From a virus, in the IMG/VR virus record IMGVR_UViG_3300033273_000208, positions 9,884 to 73,883 of that record: a DNA stretch of 64,000 bases; one strand, written 5' to 3'. Made by a program: the position numbers and the translations under genes. Below, in pieces: positions 37,701 through 42,499 of the stretch (within the stretch, counting starts at the first letter, position 1; each line of letters opens with the position of its first letter). Under the pieces are notes generated by a model. The model was not told the DNA's origin and made no database searches. It saw only the letters and a list, made by a program, of their open reading frames with translations.

Positions 37701-39353
37701 GGTGTAAATGATCTTTATCTCACCTCACCCGTACAGACGGGTGGTGGAAACGTCCCCGTGAGTACATTTGGTGCAGGTGGTTACAACGTTGGTAAGTTTG
37801 AGAACCTCAACAACTTCCCGCTGATCTTTGCATCTGGCACCTTCGTCGAAACCTCCTATTCCGCTTACGGCAAGATCGCTAAGATCGATCAAACGGGCAC
37901 AACCGCTCGCTGCTGGTTGGAAGAAGTTGAAGGCGACTTCCTCACCAACATGACCATCACGTCCGATAATGGTTGGCAGGCAGGTGTCGCACTTGCGAAA
38001 GATTTGATTGGTCGTGTTGATCGCTACTTCCGTGGTTTCGACGGTTCTCAAACAACCTTCAAACTCACCATTGCTAACGGCGAACAATACCTGCCCGACC
38101 CCGCAGGTCACATGCTGATTTTCGTGAACGGCATCCTGCAACCCCCTGGCGCATCTGCATCGTACACCGCGTCTTCTGACGAGATTACGTTCACAGAGGC
38201 ACCTGAAGTTGGATCTGAGTTCATCGGTTACTACATCGGTAAACTCCGTCAACTGGATGATATCAGCTTCGAGTTTGACTCGCTCCGCTCCTCGTTCAAC
38301 CTCAAGTACCAGGGTGGTTTCTACTCCCTGACCCTGACTGAAGGTGTTTCTTCCAACACCATTCTGCCTGAGAACAACATCATCGTTTCCCTCAACGGCA
38401 TCATTCAGGAACCTGGAGTTGGTTATGAGATCGTTGGTTCTCGCATTATCTTCTCTGAGATTCCTCGCTCAGGCACGACCTTTGTAGCATTCAGCTACAT
38501 TGGTTCTGACGCGGACGTTATTGCTGCAACCGTCGTTCCCCCGATTGAATCGGGTGATCAACTATTCATCGAAGGTGAAGACGAGGCAGAACCCCGTGAG
38601 GTCGCTCTGATCGAATCCTCCAACTCGCTGGTTACCTTCGAGTACACAGGTACAGTCAAGGGTCGTAACGCTTCCGCTCTGGCGAACATTCGCCAAGGTA
38701 CGCTCTCCGCAGCAATCATCACCAACCCTGGTAACGGTTATACCACACGCCCGAATGTGGACGTGATTTCCTCCAGTGGTTTTGACGGTCGCGTACGTGC
38801 ACAAATGGGTGTCGCAAGCATCCAAGTTAAGACTCCTGGTGTTGGTTATGCACTGCCCGTGGTTAGCGTTCTGACAACGGTTGCCGATGACTTCACATCG
38901 CCTCAGGGACCTCCGATTAACGGTGGTTTTGATGTCTACGCAGGCGAAGCGATCGATGCTACTACTGGCGAAGTTATCACCATTGAGGCAGGTGCAATCC
39001 AGATCACACGCCAACCTCTGAACATCACAGTCAACCAAGGTCAGACTGCAGTGTTCAACGTGATCGCAGTGTTCAACGCTGCTGATGGCGATCCCATGGG
39101 CGTGACCGAAGGTCTGAACTATCAGTGGCAGAAGAAGAACTACGGCGAAACTAACTGGAACAACATCATCGGTGCAAACCAGGCAACATACACAACCAGC
39201 AGCACCATTCAAGGTGATGATGGTGATGAGTATAGAGTTGCAATCACATACGCAGGTGCAACACCTGTCTACTCCAACTCCTCTGTCCTCACGGTACAGA
39301 CGGGCGCTACTGTGATCGCCAACTTCGATCCCTCGTCTATTTTCGCACAATAA
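16782..39353 (+). CDS. gp7: giant baseplate wedge initiator gp7 (7523 aa, multidomain)
   Basis: N-term PDFIRE...FLFEYY, FYVSKGT..LFKVLFG; IQDSFFYQNFSY..HPTGFNMFG; between gp6 and gp8; contains YHYH-like, propeller-like, 2 LamG, CBM-like, helical Cys repeats and C-terminal Ig-like domains. Confidence 0.9.
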   Translation: MQKNINVSDRVAYQVPDFIREEDQQFVDFLFEYYKSQEKTGRPFDILNNVNLYLDVDSYSQRTLSAGTTLLKDIGFVEDLIEVESIDGFIEKDGSILIDNEVIYYESLTRGPDAILTPGISIEEFKKKEQLLESPFQYFDGVQNTFDLRFLGEPIQPVSADHLIVRVYGVAQIPGEDYFVEGDTIRFATPPREKLGTDDPNTTSIIYMVGFADINIDTLDENPIQDGSKTHPLRFGTQFYTPVSEVGLIVNRNGVFQQPFVDYVIYQTTADGTYIEFRGLQLSASERLTIRSIEYISPAVGSGAQIVSSVNEDGLLIDLLVKEGGSGYRLEFAPKVTITPSDLGGVGATARSLIGGAKNINLIGGGQGYTSYNPPLIEIAPPTNPYGTQATAELVVDDETGQVSSLKITNSGSGYDFIPAVSFKNPSGAAITDPEIDSEGRLVTDSISVTNGGLGYSNPPLVHIDQAPVGGIDAQAVAVLNPEGIVVQVVITNRGRGYTNAPRARIIQPVGAQVLGVTVASGSVTDIELLTGGRGYVDPPSVYIVDDRKDSAGLPIGGTGATAVATIFNGEITDISITNFGEGYDPAFPPKIYIAEPQAARASVDIGFDEVTGFEINTPGSGYKPSALVGCVRGTSGTISYDNVGNQIFATESQLKLSNHIAGAEVVSLDTLFLRQIFDKIRRQYLPTIRLDYTKVNPVQVIKRIRDFYVSKGTKTATQFLFKVLFGEEVDVYYPRDEVISPSAASWVVDTILRATLIEGNPDDLIDGEIVQLVDEVDTNVTAASALIENVISIIKGTDTIYELAISEETLQGKFIIPYKTKLVEFLSKTDQIITVDSTIGWPARNGTIRINDEEVVQYKERSLNQFIECTRSKNGVVEDWDPGTIIYSDIYVYVNYGTDQQCKLRILGIAEAGSTTLDDTGSYYLEGDKLTVASLGATDQDEKLSSWLYNVKKLISVESATPGGQNNQTATIVTSNPHGLLVEDNVTVYGANPTVYNGTFQVTARLDEYTFSYQMLAPTDIIPQGNILLSVDLNRGKSDVTAINTAITPFTSNIQNSFFNAQYVYAAATGLPNYKVGPFIGTALIPGNQRKLLRFPRKATTVSKRETVRPNTAVGAWVNGVSVWSYKSSEFLRYGPLTSIDITNGGQGYDAGNKPQLEISGGGGSGATAEVTVNGSLFSIEVTDGGTGYKTQPLVSVVGGDGIGATAQAVITGGRVSRVLVEQPGTGYTSQPLISITGGGGSGATATASVRGPISAVTLTNAGSGYTELPTINLNSGSGALAQPIVINGRIVSIAIINSGSGYTTAPNIVINGDGFGAIAKAVIGTIGEDKGKVISVQILNKGINYTQGNTTIRLEAVGEFATFKPNVFQWTKNLHYDLADKYDFARGYVFTGYNNQFGGEYAHLVDPKELRYVVGDNVFLDPATNTFQEQTANNEHSPILGWAYDGNPIYGPYGYIDPTDQNSGLRRLRSSYQLKSSLVYEVDSNPNPTRGDGPPLSEYPAGTFVDDYEYAFQLGDLDPYNGRFCKTPEYPDGTYAYFVTIDESDAGQAVFPYIIGPEFYSQPDTWNMSQDATQDNIPSDVVRFRDPFTEVDIDVDRQPNREPDILTTELEAYPLILEIQDTNGDGIIDSNEQLETIELSEESTLQIYDYFPTVSDESRVDIEVETITKFESAQIDGFVIENPGVSYQVDDVIFFNNEGSGGFGASAAVSAVEGLSILGYQKIIEDDVVYGKITTDGNHELYVGDEVIVTSTVIPDNTNKTYYTKVVSGIEDIVIDQEGVGYNESIPPTYELITTSGQDAVFNLNVTQTGQITEAQISIINSGNQYDPENPPQVRVSHPQIFKKTRYYAGEYRETTQSEETLGVFNVNHSLTNALRYTYVCGSITKSDGTTAAWIAKFNDVGDLIWDRTLETIDGITKTARFKQMYLDERAENDIIYVVGETEYDNANNRPDILLVKYESAFDNANQPEGQVRYQKEISGVSGTTRRDYAMGITLGEEERVYICGYTDTNSPDPDDMWVIQMNEEGEMREKRKFSSSDDDERMHQIKYLGDARYLFVGMNMSDYYMIIGEFFFDGNNIELSYAKNINISGGRPQNPRFTIDNYNDVYLTFDIFNNAIQKNSAVGIAKFAYDQINANEPTWDWYKILAPSTEFVSITNADINIDIFGNVTLVTDTKLTENTRKVGAHYIKFDGEILKQSTIEDVDTVGVQATTHTVDDSGDLIIFGQKQKSDQAASYRFDGSEGSGGFISAITNITGTAATRGAGVGTLGSISAADQIRATNIGTLTTATAVNVLRAGKISTVGGFSAADVRRAGTVLDLENFSAADARRGGAVNGVTNISAADPKRGGVIASVNNIGAADQARGGRITLMANISAADPIRGGNILGVGNVSASDPSRTAGTYQAVTYTTSGSGVNAVFDITVNAAGAAIITVVNGGISFAINETITVADAQLGGGGAPDVTFQVNAIGGFNYTNVPVTSTDVNSTGSGATVDVGVSSTGDVSLTVNQGGIGYYNGETLTISDSDIGASGAANPTFDVSGLGGFSYTNVASTNNGVGVNATFNVTIDGTGAAIVVQVNQGGLAYAAGDTVTISDSLLGNNGAANLTFDVETITAPATYTNVAATSTSGIGTNATFSVTIDANGAASIVSGTPAGLSYAVGDTITIADTSLGNSGAADLTFEVATIKAPPLYSNVATTSNGAGSGLTLQVTINADGSVAFLNVTDPGNGYVVGDTITIQDADVGGTGAPNITADVESVGGGAIYTVSNFTSTGSGTGATFNVTVDSSGAISQVNIINSGNGFVANETVTVPDSELGNNGGADFTFNVTATNGITYSGISTWTSSNNAYGGGTGAVFNIELDNLGNFTALTPISRGANFVLNDTITIPDSQLGNTGAPDVVLSVASIEGHTYNNISATTSGTGELATFNVVVDGNGLATPTVNDPGREYQTGDTFTITDAQLGNFGGANLTFEVTVLQGIVYSNISASEGSGVNASIDVNVDASGAVTINMNKTGRGYLISDTLRVTDAQLGGYGYADITFDVQTTINVFDETKLNRGTPQYYNATDATIDTVNYKWGTGSTALTAANHYGITGFDLNTSEWTLQGWFRIDSATQALNNSQPTFFETHPNDGSNPSNTLRLYVDGDSGSADYGKLKLVHEGTTDVAVSVSATVWATFAGGAWVHVALSKTQPTLGAYDYAAYINGQQLGLWSGSTDDIGVDEVYVGGIKVPTTYTTLIGNIDDFVIDDDSQYSGASFTLPDAAIPIRTTNTGVSIYKIDRQHDRRGTFAVTDLPNSTSVAFLAESNWSYNTQTQPAMTNWEIGPGGLQILDYAEVTSQLTTGIYTFDYDSVLYGSKTSTVPSPGGKRLVLSPVVTPKYYIKDATYQKIDSVQQLTFNQDVRFTKGQILQQYNEQGTTQRYGTIVEVPEGTIENPGLGTTYKIGNIFPAAATFNTTDKIRSTSATDAGLNVITGITFTVARDFAEWEQAASYIAGDQVYSQGNIYTATTNGTAGTNEPVHTTGNASDGGVSWDFTVSANTPLEVDLSNTPYPTPKDPIWTKLKIYDIGDVVYYGRNKYTATAAGRSSQNPPTHTTGTATDGTVTWQYTSTYDPLSDYATFKEFDAGENWYSLTVNKIYSDSNFIANDNLSIGGSVTVNPKEDAPTILQINGIGSVKEISLIAVLDKTILVDTQERTDLVYCVANSAHKYSANDILFTEGFSTSEFNGSFFVREVFSSREFTFQVRETPAAEPAFLQNSIARVNIYTKHPTLLLIRNHNYLFDMSDSSNLGYYLSFSQDNEFKLEYSFNNIERQGTPGVFDGTNAPFVKLKVDGQVTNISYYFDPSRTGANSPVGDKSFIDVKKTPFDGRYTVSKVLSQTEFQFPLLFEPENNNAEIGSDDQGNPYSVYSTTSKRAIGPIADIKLISAGGFYQRLPIISDIASFRQIERVEIISGGSEYAIGTYDQVPINGDGEGGLCRIEVAVDEEIGSGTIVSVTVTDPGKGYTTASIDVDGIQGILGPTLTGSGADLDVIIPDEGSGASVFLTGKNIGKIKKLKNNEFGYGYSHDYTLKPEITFPINLQLFNTSILSQITITDPGAGYTSAPAVIISGGGGVGAEAVAVVKNNRLSEIQIKNPGAGYSSEPSVTLKSEFNYVVNLDLNYLQFNFPHGITNGAAIQFRADDVGTTVGELPKPSSAGLTSLVVGQTYYAIAGESNSLEGDQLRFALTPADAESGNFITFLTQGAGRQVLLTEVFGGKAEAVVETSRFLEGEKVYQGDSEETATVFAYVSENNGWQLGPKILKLINATGTFVVGERVNGSVSRASGVIDNVSLAKGVLNIDSLTQTPGRFIDDVGKPSEIVQKIQDSFFYQNFSYVIKSTIPINRWREQILENNHPTGFNMFGQLQLAGGKDISGRKVGTEFIKQVNINEYANVNQITSFGAAQPIYTDFNNTEVLFRKKRLTNSEEILTSIVKKLDDIADQFDGIQTAFNLTVEGEQVIVKNNQLLITLNGIIQAPVDAYDIVGGQIVFKEAPKAPSKVVYRDVGLEFLTITRLNLTDVSGIYPEIGYQISGASSDAYATVVASGTNTIDVVDITGGPFQNNERIDVSALGFSALIGSQEVLTQSTLYEFDETLVCTNRNRGNPTAQVNAINLDENGDASSAIVVSKTTGTAKYETGVFDFRLQDIIYSTRSNLAARITFLAPYRDPVTDDVVGEQILTAGSSFYGLLFERIVSTSYPNILLDDISKSTITPTELFDNEERINSFFLDFEEVRSTEVTYTDLSSGVFSNGDDIRNIKVFYNNPIYGAAYGTAAPRYYDARNRISASKDEIIDFATAEIAVEHEDFYYPGQPQTDSRSRFRDGYRLIIKNKDWIVAKTYEDMILQYPSLVVPNSDKCKRDLGHFVDAVAYDTYAGGNKYARKFIQMYFTGQGLGYINQQLAETTWAYGRAATYMKDAITNQLSGTETIDSVLYTKYQDLTVTEGGATYGAPGTVSNTDTGACADVQSAVDTLATAITETLLGNQDFDDIDAEEPTYNTTEEKCRRDVGYFVDGLASDVGQGGNLGVVTWARFYFENGTFISNGVAGEEAETITALNKARDLAKRAINNLLYEKDLTILYDPASYGGSAPGHDYDANYASGTNQDASNCADVQSTIDTLTTIATTAINNQTLANINALSSIDDGSFRDGETIRVIKVAYKNKSTGLFNRLDSVRGVTSGATMTLEGVNSGLKWLFASSAGVNGTFQDDEYITNSTITNPGAAQVTQSVLNVKSDLANSTKSLKFVANSWLKKAESYDVDFGTGDFTLEGWFYPTGIVGQQTLFDFRRTATEGLMIEMNNDTLRVYSGSGTVVIISNAVFTANTWHHVAVVRTSGVMLAFVDGVQAGGSATNSDDFGWGPCYIGSDLNGSNGFIGNADQVAVYKGYAKFTSAFTAPTSNDWDDERIVLGLNAEQPFIVSTAEVYAQFSGQTVSSATAKRIDYADKRVIVEDIDLGRDSHRDAADLILKNDKWISEVAVGRMKAKYSDFVLPGDDPATNIYQGTYYCLRDTEEYILDAIVKDLKYGGDYYTTVAAKGYLEKDGSLDFIGKELLQSLYAWEQAGELCKYVVSTTDTDLTDAYTERLRIPLTGSAATQAVLDNIDALTQNILNILAPTGDRFRDAGDALWLNRTYIAEEVVGYIENKWEVTINGTYYDKLQIPGGNNGQVCIRDIKEYIIPAIIADLLTGGNAAVNEVIDFYLNGEQDILHVSEELLPMLDAISYTKYLSTKAINQLLVQFGQAPDPAQGSTNYDDYYIAQYTQAVPYIDHTVTVDPQGYDANRADNNLLIDAADMIERNKKQIASEAVMRMNDLAKFQDLQIPGGQQNCIDDVVGFIEALVHDIRLGGNSKVFDAAELYIEPENNSLRHIESEAEASIYAYKMARDICVLAMRNGFGRDNIYGYGSGEENDPSVESYDQNPQSSRIIDAANILDRNIRFIAEEAVYRTTIQYPSLTIPGGNINCVHDIADTLNAMVFNMKYGGNNMVYDAAEFYVGTSGLQHVASQSAESVYAFNQARDIAIQVMRAVPVINTGNEVHGFEQKYYDELDYEPYKSKTRDYVTLDEAALTGGTTANRSRAADAYNLIYNNARWIAEGTVNTFVASNSWTIPNGTESCIDDTERILKGVAYHVAYGGNSYVWDYANEYVQNGHIGSPQNGWTQAIFNYINSNILPDVIRNIQPTAASSWNAAGHTDLQQYRDLTITTDVTQPACPTEVAAATTLLSIVTDAVVNGNMNHAARTVPPGGGACANVESTITDLFAIVTDTINNYTSLGGVPRTLPSIWPLKYTADSAERDLTVTYDSAATSWGTTCQNVETTINGLFDIVLQTITDASAASPSNYLDSISRTLPTNGFTNTLYQQYTCYNVIDAAWTLFDLMLDSLGSGSYSNRLTAEFIRKNDHAITARAVAATLAQYPSGDIPDQAYAQDVLEACIYDIATNGNAGAFKLANEWFDGEGNFIAYPDIQRIRLLYCMNKVREYAKDVMFNFNDIDWSLYDVWSPEQVQGYTPRLEWDQESTEFNMDSSFNCLEFAIERGTFPSDNVVTFVASTDAQNLTNSYNEGQDYNTDPALVLLTPTIEVGWEREENRVRINRTNFFRRGDVLKYVLASATSLDGANDQDYYYVLNAEPQWFEISRMSKHDARFRDFTFDLNNTGNQQFFTARRAGVTRVANDYGTRDIQTPISAGFNIADVLVGTTTGASAEVSSTFINNAKIVKTFKYYGLETMSETTFIDGEQVVVQGAVTNNGYVMQHVIPDEFDNGWIKLETLQGTISQGDTIEGITSGATAVVTAVEEDRLLLNAKTGIFSQGDWLFKKDTATEAYIDVFNDKRGVLTATDGGRITMDVETINSSWETGDVIYGSITDKYLDLVGIDDQGQAISVNTYVHGQKIYKLSLSSVSRDTGYTGDFVSGDTVYLLQGTTVAVPGITATVSQWDYRPEDGVNDLYLTSPVQTGGGNVPVSTFGAGGYNVGKFENLNNFPLIFASGTFVETSYSAYGKIAKIDQTGTTARCWLEEVEGDFLTNMTITSDNGWQAGVALAKDLIGRVDRYFRGFDGSQTTFKLTIANGEQYLPDPAGHMLIFVNGILQPPGASASYTASSDEITFTEAPEVGSEFIGYYIGKLRQLDDISFEFDSLRSSFNLKYQGGFYSLTLTEGVSSNTILPENNIIVSLNGIIQEPGVGYEIVGSRIIFSEIPRSGTTFVAFSYIGSDADVIAATVVPPIESGDQLFIEGEDEAEPREVALIESSNSLVTFEYTGTVKGRNASALANIRQGTLSAAIITNPGNGYTTRPNVDVISSSGFDGRVRAQMGVASIQVKTPGVGYALPVVSVLTTVADDFTSPQGPPINGGFDVYAGEAIDATTGEVITIEAGAIQITRQPLNITVNQGQTAVFNVIAVFNAADGDPMGVTEGLNYQWQKKNYGETNWNNIIGANQATYTTSSTIQGDDGDEYRVAITYAGATPVYSNSSVLTVQTGATVIANFDPSSIFAQ
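23523..25915 (+). repeat. protein-level repeat block in gp7: 9 short SAADxxRGG units followed by 9 units of about 72 aa
   Basis: read from the translation; see finding. Confidence 0.8.
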
Positions 39354-39356
39354 ATA
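39350..39356 (+). promoter_or_regulatory. T4-type late promoter
   Basis: ATAAATA overlapping the gp7 stop. Confidence 0.65.
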
Positions 39357-39366
39357 GTCAAAAACG

Positions 39367-40962
39367 ATGACAGCAACTGCTGAGTACAATCCATCAACTA
39401 ACATTCTGACAGTTACGGGGGACGGGTTGCCAACCCCCGTGTCTTACGGAACGTTCCCTAATGCAAACAACCCAAACACTGTTACTGAACAGGCGTTTGA
39501 GCATGACTTCTTTTTTAGAGGTGGTACATTTGGCATTGCTAGAACGTTTGATGATAATACTTGGTCGAAAGAAGGATACGTTATTACTATCCCACTATCA
39601 CCAGATGACAATGCACTTTTGAGTTCAGACCCCCTTTCTGGAACCATTCGTCCTGGAGACAACTTACTGTTTGTATTCAGTGATGGAAGAAAGCAAAAGT
39701 TTGTCTATCAAGGTACAACATTTACTTCTACTCCTGGTAACTGCTGGAGAAGTACAGACACAACCCTCGATCTGATTGTTGCCGATTCGTCTTATGGCGA
39801 TACTGGAACATACACATATTATGACCAGAGAGACGGCAGAACGCCGACTCCCCTGGGCATCATTGGCATATCCTCAAATGGTGTTGCTCTATTCAATCCT
39901 AGTGCTGGTGCTGGTGGAAACCCACCGCCAGGATTCAACTGGAACGCACACTATGAGTTATCGCCTGTAGATTTTGGTGATGATGAGTGTGGTGGACACC
40001 CCGAAAACACAGGACAATATCACTATCATGATAGTCATTTCTTGGACTGTTGGAAGGAAGGTTCCATCATGTCAACATACAATGATTATTATGGTCTGAC
40101 TCAGTACAACGGGAACAATCTTAGACACCCAGATGGTCACTCTAAGATGGTCGGTATCGCTTTTGATGGATTCCCTGTATATGGTCCATATGCATATACA
40201 GATCCCTGGGATAATGAATCTGAGATTACGTATATGACTTCATCGTACGATCTCAAGCCTATCGAACCCGATGGTAGACCTACCTATGGCAGCACCCTCC
40301 AGAACCCCCCTGCAGGGTCATTTATACAGGACTGGGAGTACAACGAAGGGCAGGGTTCACTTGACTATCATAACGGGCGTTTCTGCCTCACTCCAGAATA
40401 TCCTGACGGCACATATGCATACTTCCTGACAGTTGATGAAACAGGAGATGCACAGTTCCCATACATGGTGGGTCTGACATCCAGACAGTCTCTTGATCAA
40501 CCAGCAAACAATGGTGCTGCTGCACCCCCCGATCCTGGTTCTGGTGGTGAAGGTGGTGGCGGTGTTGCACCCACTCTACAGATCAATACACAACCCCAGA
40601 ACGTCACACTCAACAGCGGACAGGTTGCAACATTCTCTGTTTCTGCAACTATCCTCCCCGAGAATGGACCCAAGTCTTATCAGTGGTTCAGATCTACTGA
40701 CGGTGGTTTCTCATACTCCACTCTCAATGGTGCAACGTCCTCGTCCTACACCTTCACTGCACTGTCTTATATGACAGGGTATAAGTTCAAAGTAGAGATT
40801 AGTGGACCTATTGGTGCCCCCGCACCTGCACAAAACTCTCCACTGACTTCAGATGTTGCAACTCTAACCGTAACAGGGGTGGGTGGTTCAACTGGTGATA
40901 CTCAGTTTGATTCTACTGCGACAACGTTCGACAGCACATCTACCCGTTTCGATCAAACCTAA
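39367..40962 (+). CDS. YHYH-domain virion protein with C-terminal Ig-like domain
   Basis: NGVALFNP...CGGHP...YHYH...HS..VG.AFDGFPVYGP...NGRF..TPEYP.GTYAY; QPQNVT...SYQWFRS. Confidence 0.85.
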   Translation: MTATAEYNPSTNILTVTGDGLPTPVSYGTFPNANNPNTVTEQAFEHDFFFRGGTFGIARTFDDNTWSKEGYVITIPLSPDDNALLSSDPLSGTIRPGDNLLFVFSDGRKQKFVYQGTTFTSTPGNCWRSTDTTLDLIVADSSYGDTGTYTYYDQRDGRTPTPLGIIGISSNGVALFNPSAGAGGNPPPGFNWNAHYELSPVDFGDDECGGHPENTGQYHYHDSHFLDCWKEGSIMSTYNDYYGLTQYNGNNLRHPDGHSKMVGIAFDGFPVYGPYAYTDPWDNESEITYMTSSYDLKPIEPDGRPTYGSTLQNPPAGSFIQDWEYNEGQGSLDYHNGRFCLTPEYPDGTYAYFLTVDETGDAQFPYMVGLTSRQSLDQPANNGAAAPPDPGSGGEGGGGVAPTLQINTQPQNVTLNSGQVATFSVSATILPENGPKSYQWFRSTDGGFSYSTLNGATSSSYTFTALSYMTGYKFKVEISGPIGAPAPAQNSPLTSDVATLTVTGVGGSTGDTQFDSTATTFDSTSTRFDQT

Positions 40963-40987
40963 ATAGCACTATAAAAGTCCGAGAACT

Positions 40988-42496
40988 ATGTCTAAGCAGA
41001 ATATTGGTATTGGTTCTGCCGCTAATGACGGTACTGGCGACACCCTACGAGATGGTGCCGTCAAACTCAATAACGTCATCGACGAACTGTATGATCGACT
41101 TGGTAATGGTACCGATATTTTGATCAATATCGGTGCTGGTATCACAGACGGTCAAGTTCTTCGTTTTAGAACCGACCCACAATCAGAGTTTTATGGGGAT
41201 CACCTGGATACCCTGACAGCAGATCTTGATGTCAGTGGGTATAACATCATCTCCAATAGCAACGGCAATATCACGCTCAAGCCAAGTGGCGTTGGTGATA
41301 TTAACTTCTGGGGTGGTAACAGTGGCACACCATATACCTATATTGATGGTGCAGATGGATACCTGAAGTGGTATGCACCTTACAGTGAGTTGACAGACCT
41401 ACCCAACGCTACCAACCACCATGGCATGTTTGCTCATGTTCATGACACAGGTAAGGGATACTTCGCACACTCCTCTTCTTGGATTGAACTGGTTGACGTA
41501 ACCAGCAGTATTGGTGACTTGGCTGACGTTGACATGACTGTCGGTGGTGGTCCCTCCAATGGTCAAATCTTGAAGTGGAACTCCACAACTTCTAAGTTTG
41601 AACCTGCAAACGACGCTACCTCTGAGGGTGGTGGAGGAGGTACCACTCAGAACCTATGGGAAACATTTAATGCTGACACTGGCACCACAACTGCTAGTGC
41701 TGCACAGGATGTACTGACAATCACTGGTGGTACAAACATTTCAACGTCTATCTCTGGTGATACTCTCACTATTGATATGACTGGTGCTCTGGGTGATCCA
41801 GATCAAAACCTGTTCAGTGTGATCGGTTCGGATAGTGGTAACAAGACTGCTACTACAACCACATCCCAAATCAACCTTATTGGCGGCACAGGTATTTCGA
41901 CAGCGATTTCTGGCGACGACCTGACAATCACTAACGATTCCCCCAATATCACCCAGAACCTGTATGAAACCATCAGTGGTGATACTGGAAGTCAAACTGC
42001 ATCTGCTGCAACTGCTGAGGTAACTTTCACTGGTGGTACAGGGATTGCCACCGTAGTCACTGGTGATGGTACTAGCACAACGGTTACTATTAACAACACT
42101 GCTGCTGCTCTGCCCTCTGTTGCCGAAGGTCAGTCGATTGTCGGTACAGGGACAGACACATATAGTGCATATGCATCTCCCGTTCTTTCTTGGAGCGTGA
42201 GTGCAAATGGAAGCACAGCATATAGATTTGATGGTCCTGGTCTGAGCAATACTACAGACAACCCAACAATCTATGTCTATAGAGGTTTCACATACAGATT
42301 CAACAATACCACTGGTACAGGACATCCGTTTGAAATCCGTGTTGGATCTGGTGGTGCTGCAGTAACAGACGGTGTATCTGGATCTACAACTGGCGTTCTG
42401 GTGTACACAGTTCCTATGTCTGTGTCAGCAGGTACGACTTATGTGTATCAGTGCACCATCCACGGTGGGATGGTTGGAAACATTGTAGTGGTCTGA
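40988..42496 (+). CDS. gp9/gp10-like tail-fibre connector with C-terminal cupredoxin-like domain
   Basis: KQNIGIG..ANDGTGDTLR N-terminus; three QNL(W/F/Y)..D.G..TA repeats; HPF...YQCTIHGGM; CTAAATA at 40959. Confidence 0.8.
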   Translation: MSKQNIGIGSAANDGTGDTLRDGAVKLNNVIDELYDRLGNGTDILINIGAGITDGQVLRFRTDPQSEFYGDHLDTLTADLDVSGYNIISNSNGNITLKPSGVGDINFWGGNSGTPYTYIDGADGYLKWYAPYSELTDLPNATNHHGMFAHVHDTGKGYFAHSSSWIELVDVTSSIGDLADVDMTVGGGPSNGQILKWNSTTSKFEPANDATSEGGGGGTTQNLWETFNADTGTTTASAAQDVLTITGGTNISTSISGDTLTIDMTGALGDPDQNLFSVIGSDSGNKTATTTTSQINLIGGTGISTAISGDDLTITNDSPNITQNLYETISGDTGSQTASAATAEVTFTGGTGIATVVTGDGTSTTVTINNTAAALPSVAEGQSIVGTGTDTYSAYASPVLSWSVSANGSTAYRFDGPGLSNTTDNPTIYVYRGFTYRFNNTTGTGHPFEIRVGSGGAAVTDGVSGSTTGVLVYTVPMSVSAGTTYVYQCTIHGGMVGNIVVV

Positions 42497-42499
42497 TAA

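Noticed and set aside
16782-39353. Sheer size of gp7 (7523 aa) as a novelty, or an intein/frameshift/misassembly
   Set aside because: Multi-thousand-residue gp7 proteins are known in T4-like cyanophages; the frame is continuous, repeats are diverged at DNA level, and I saw no intein motifs.
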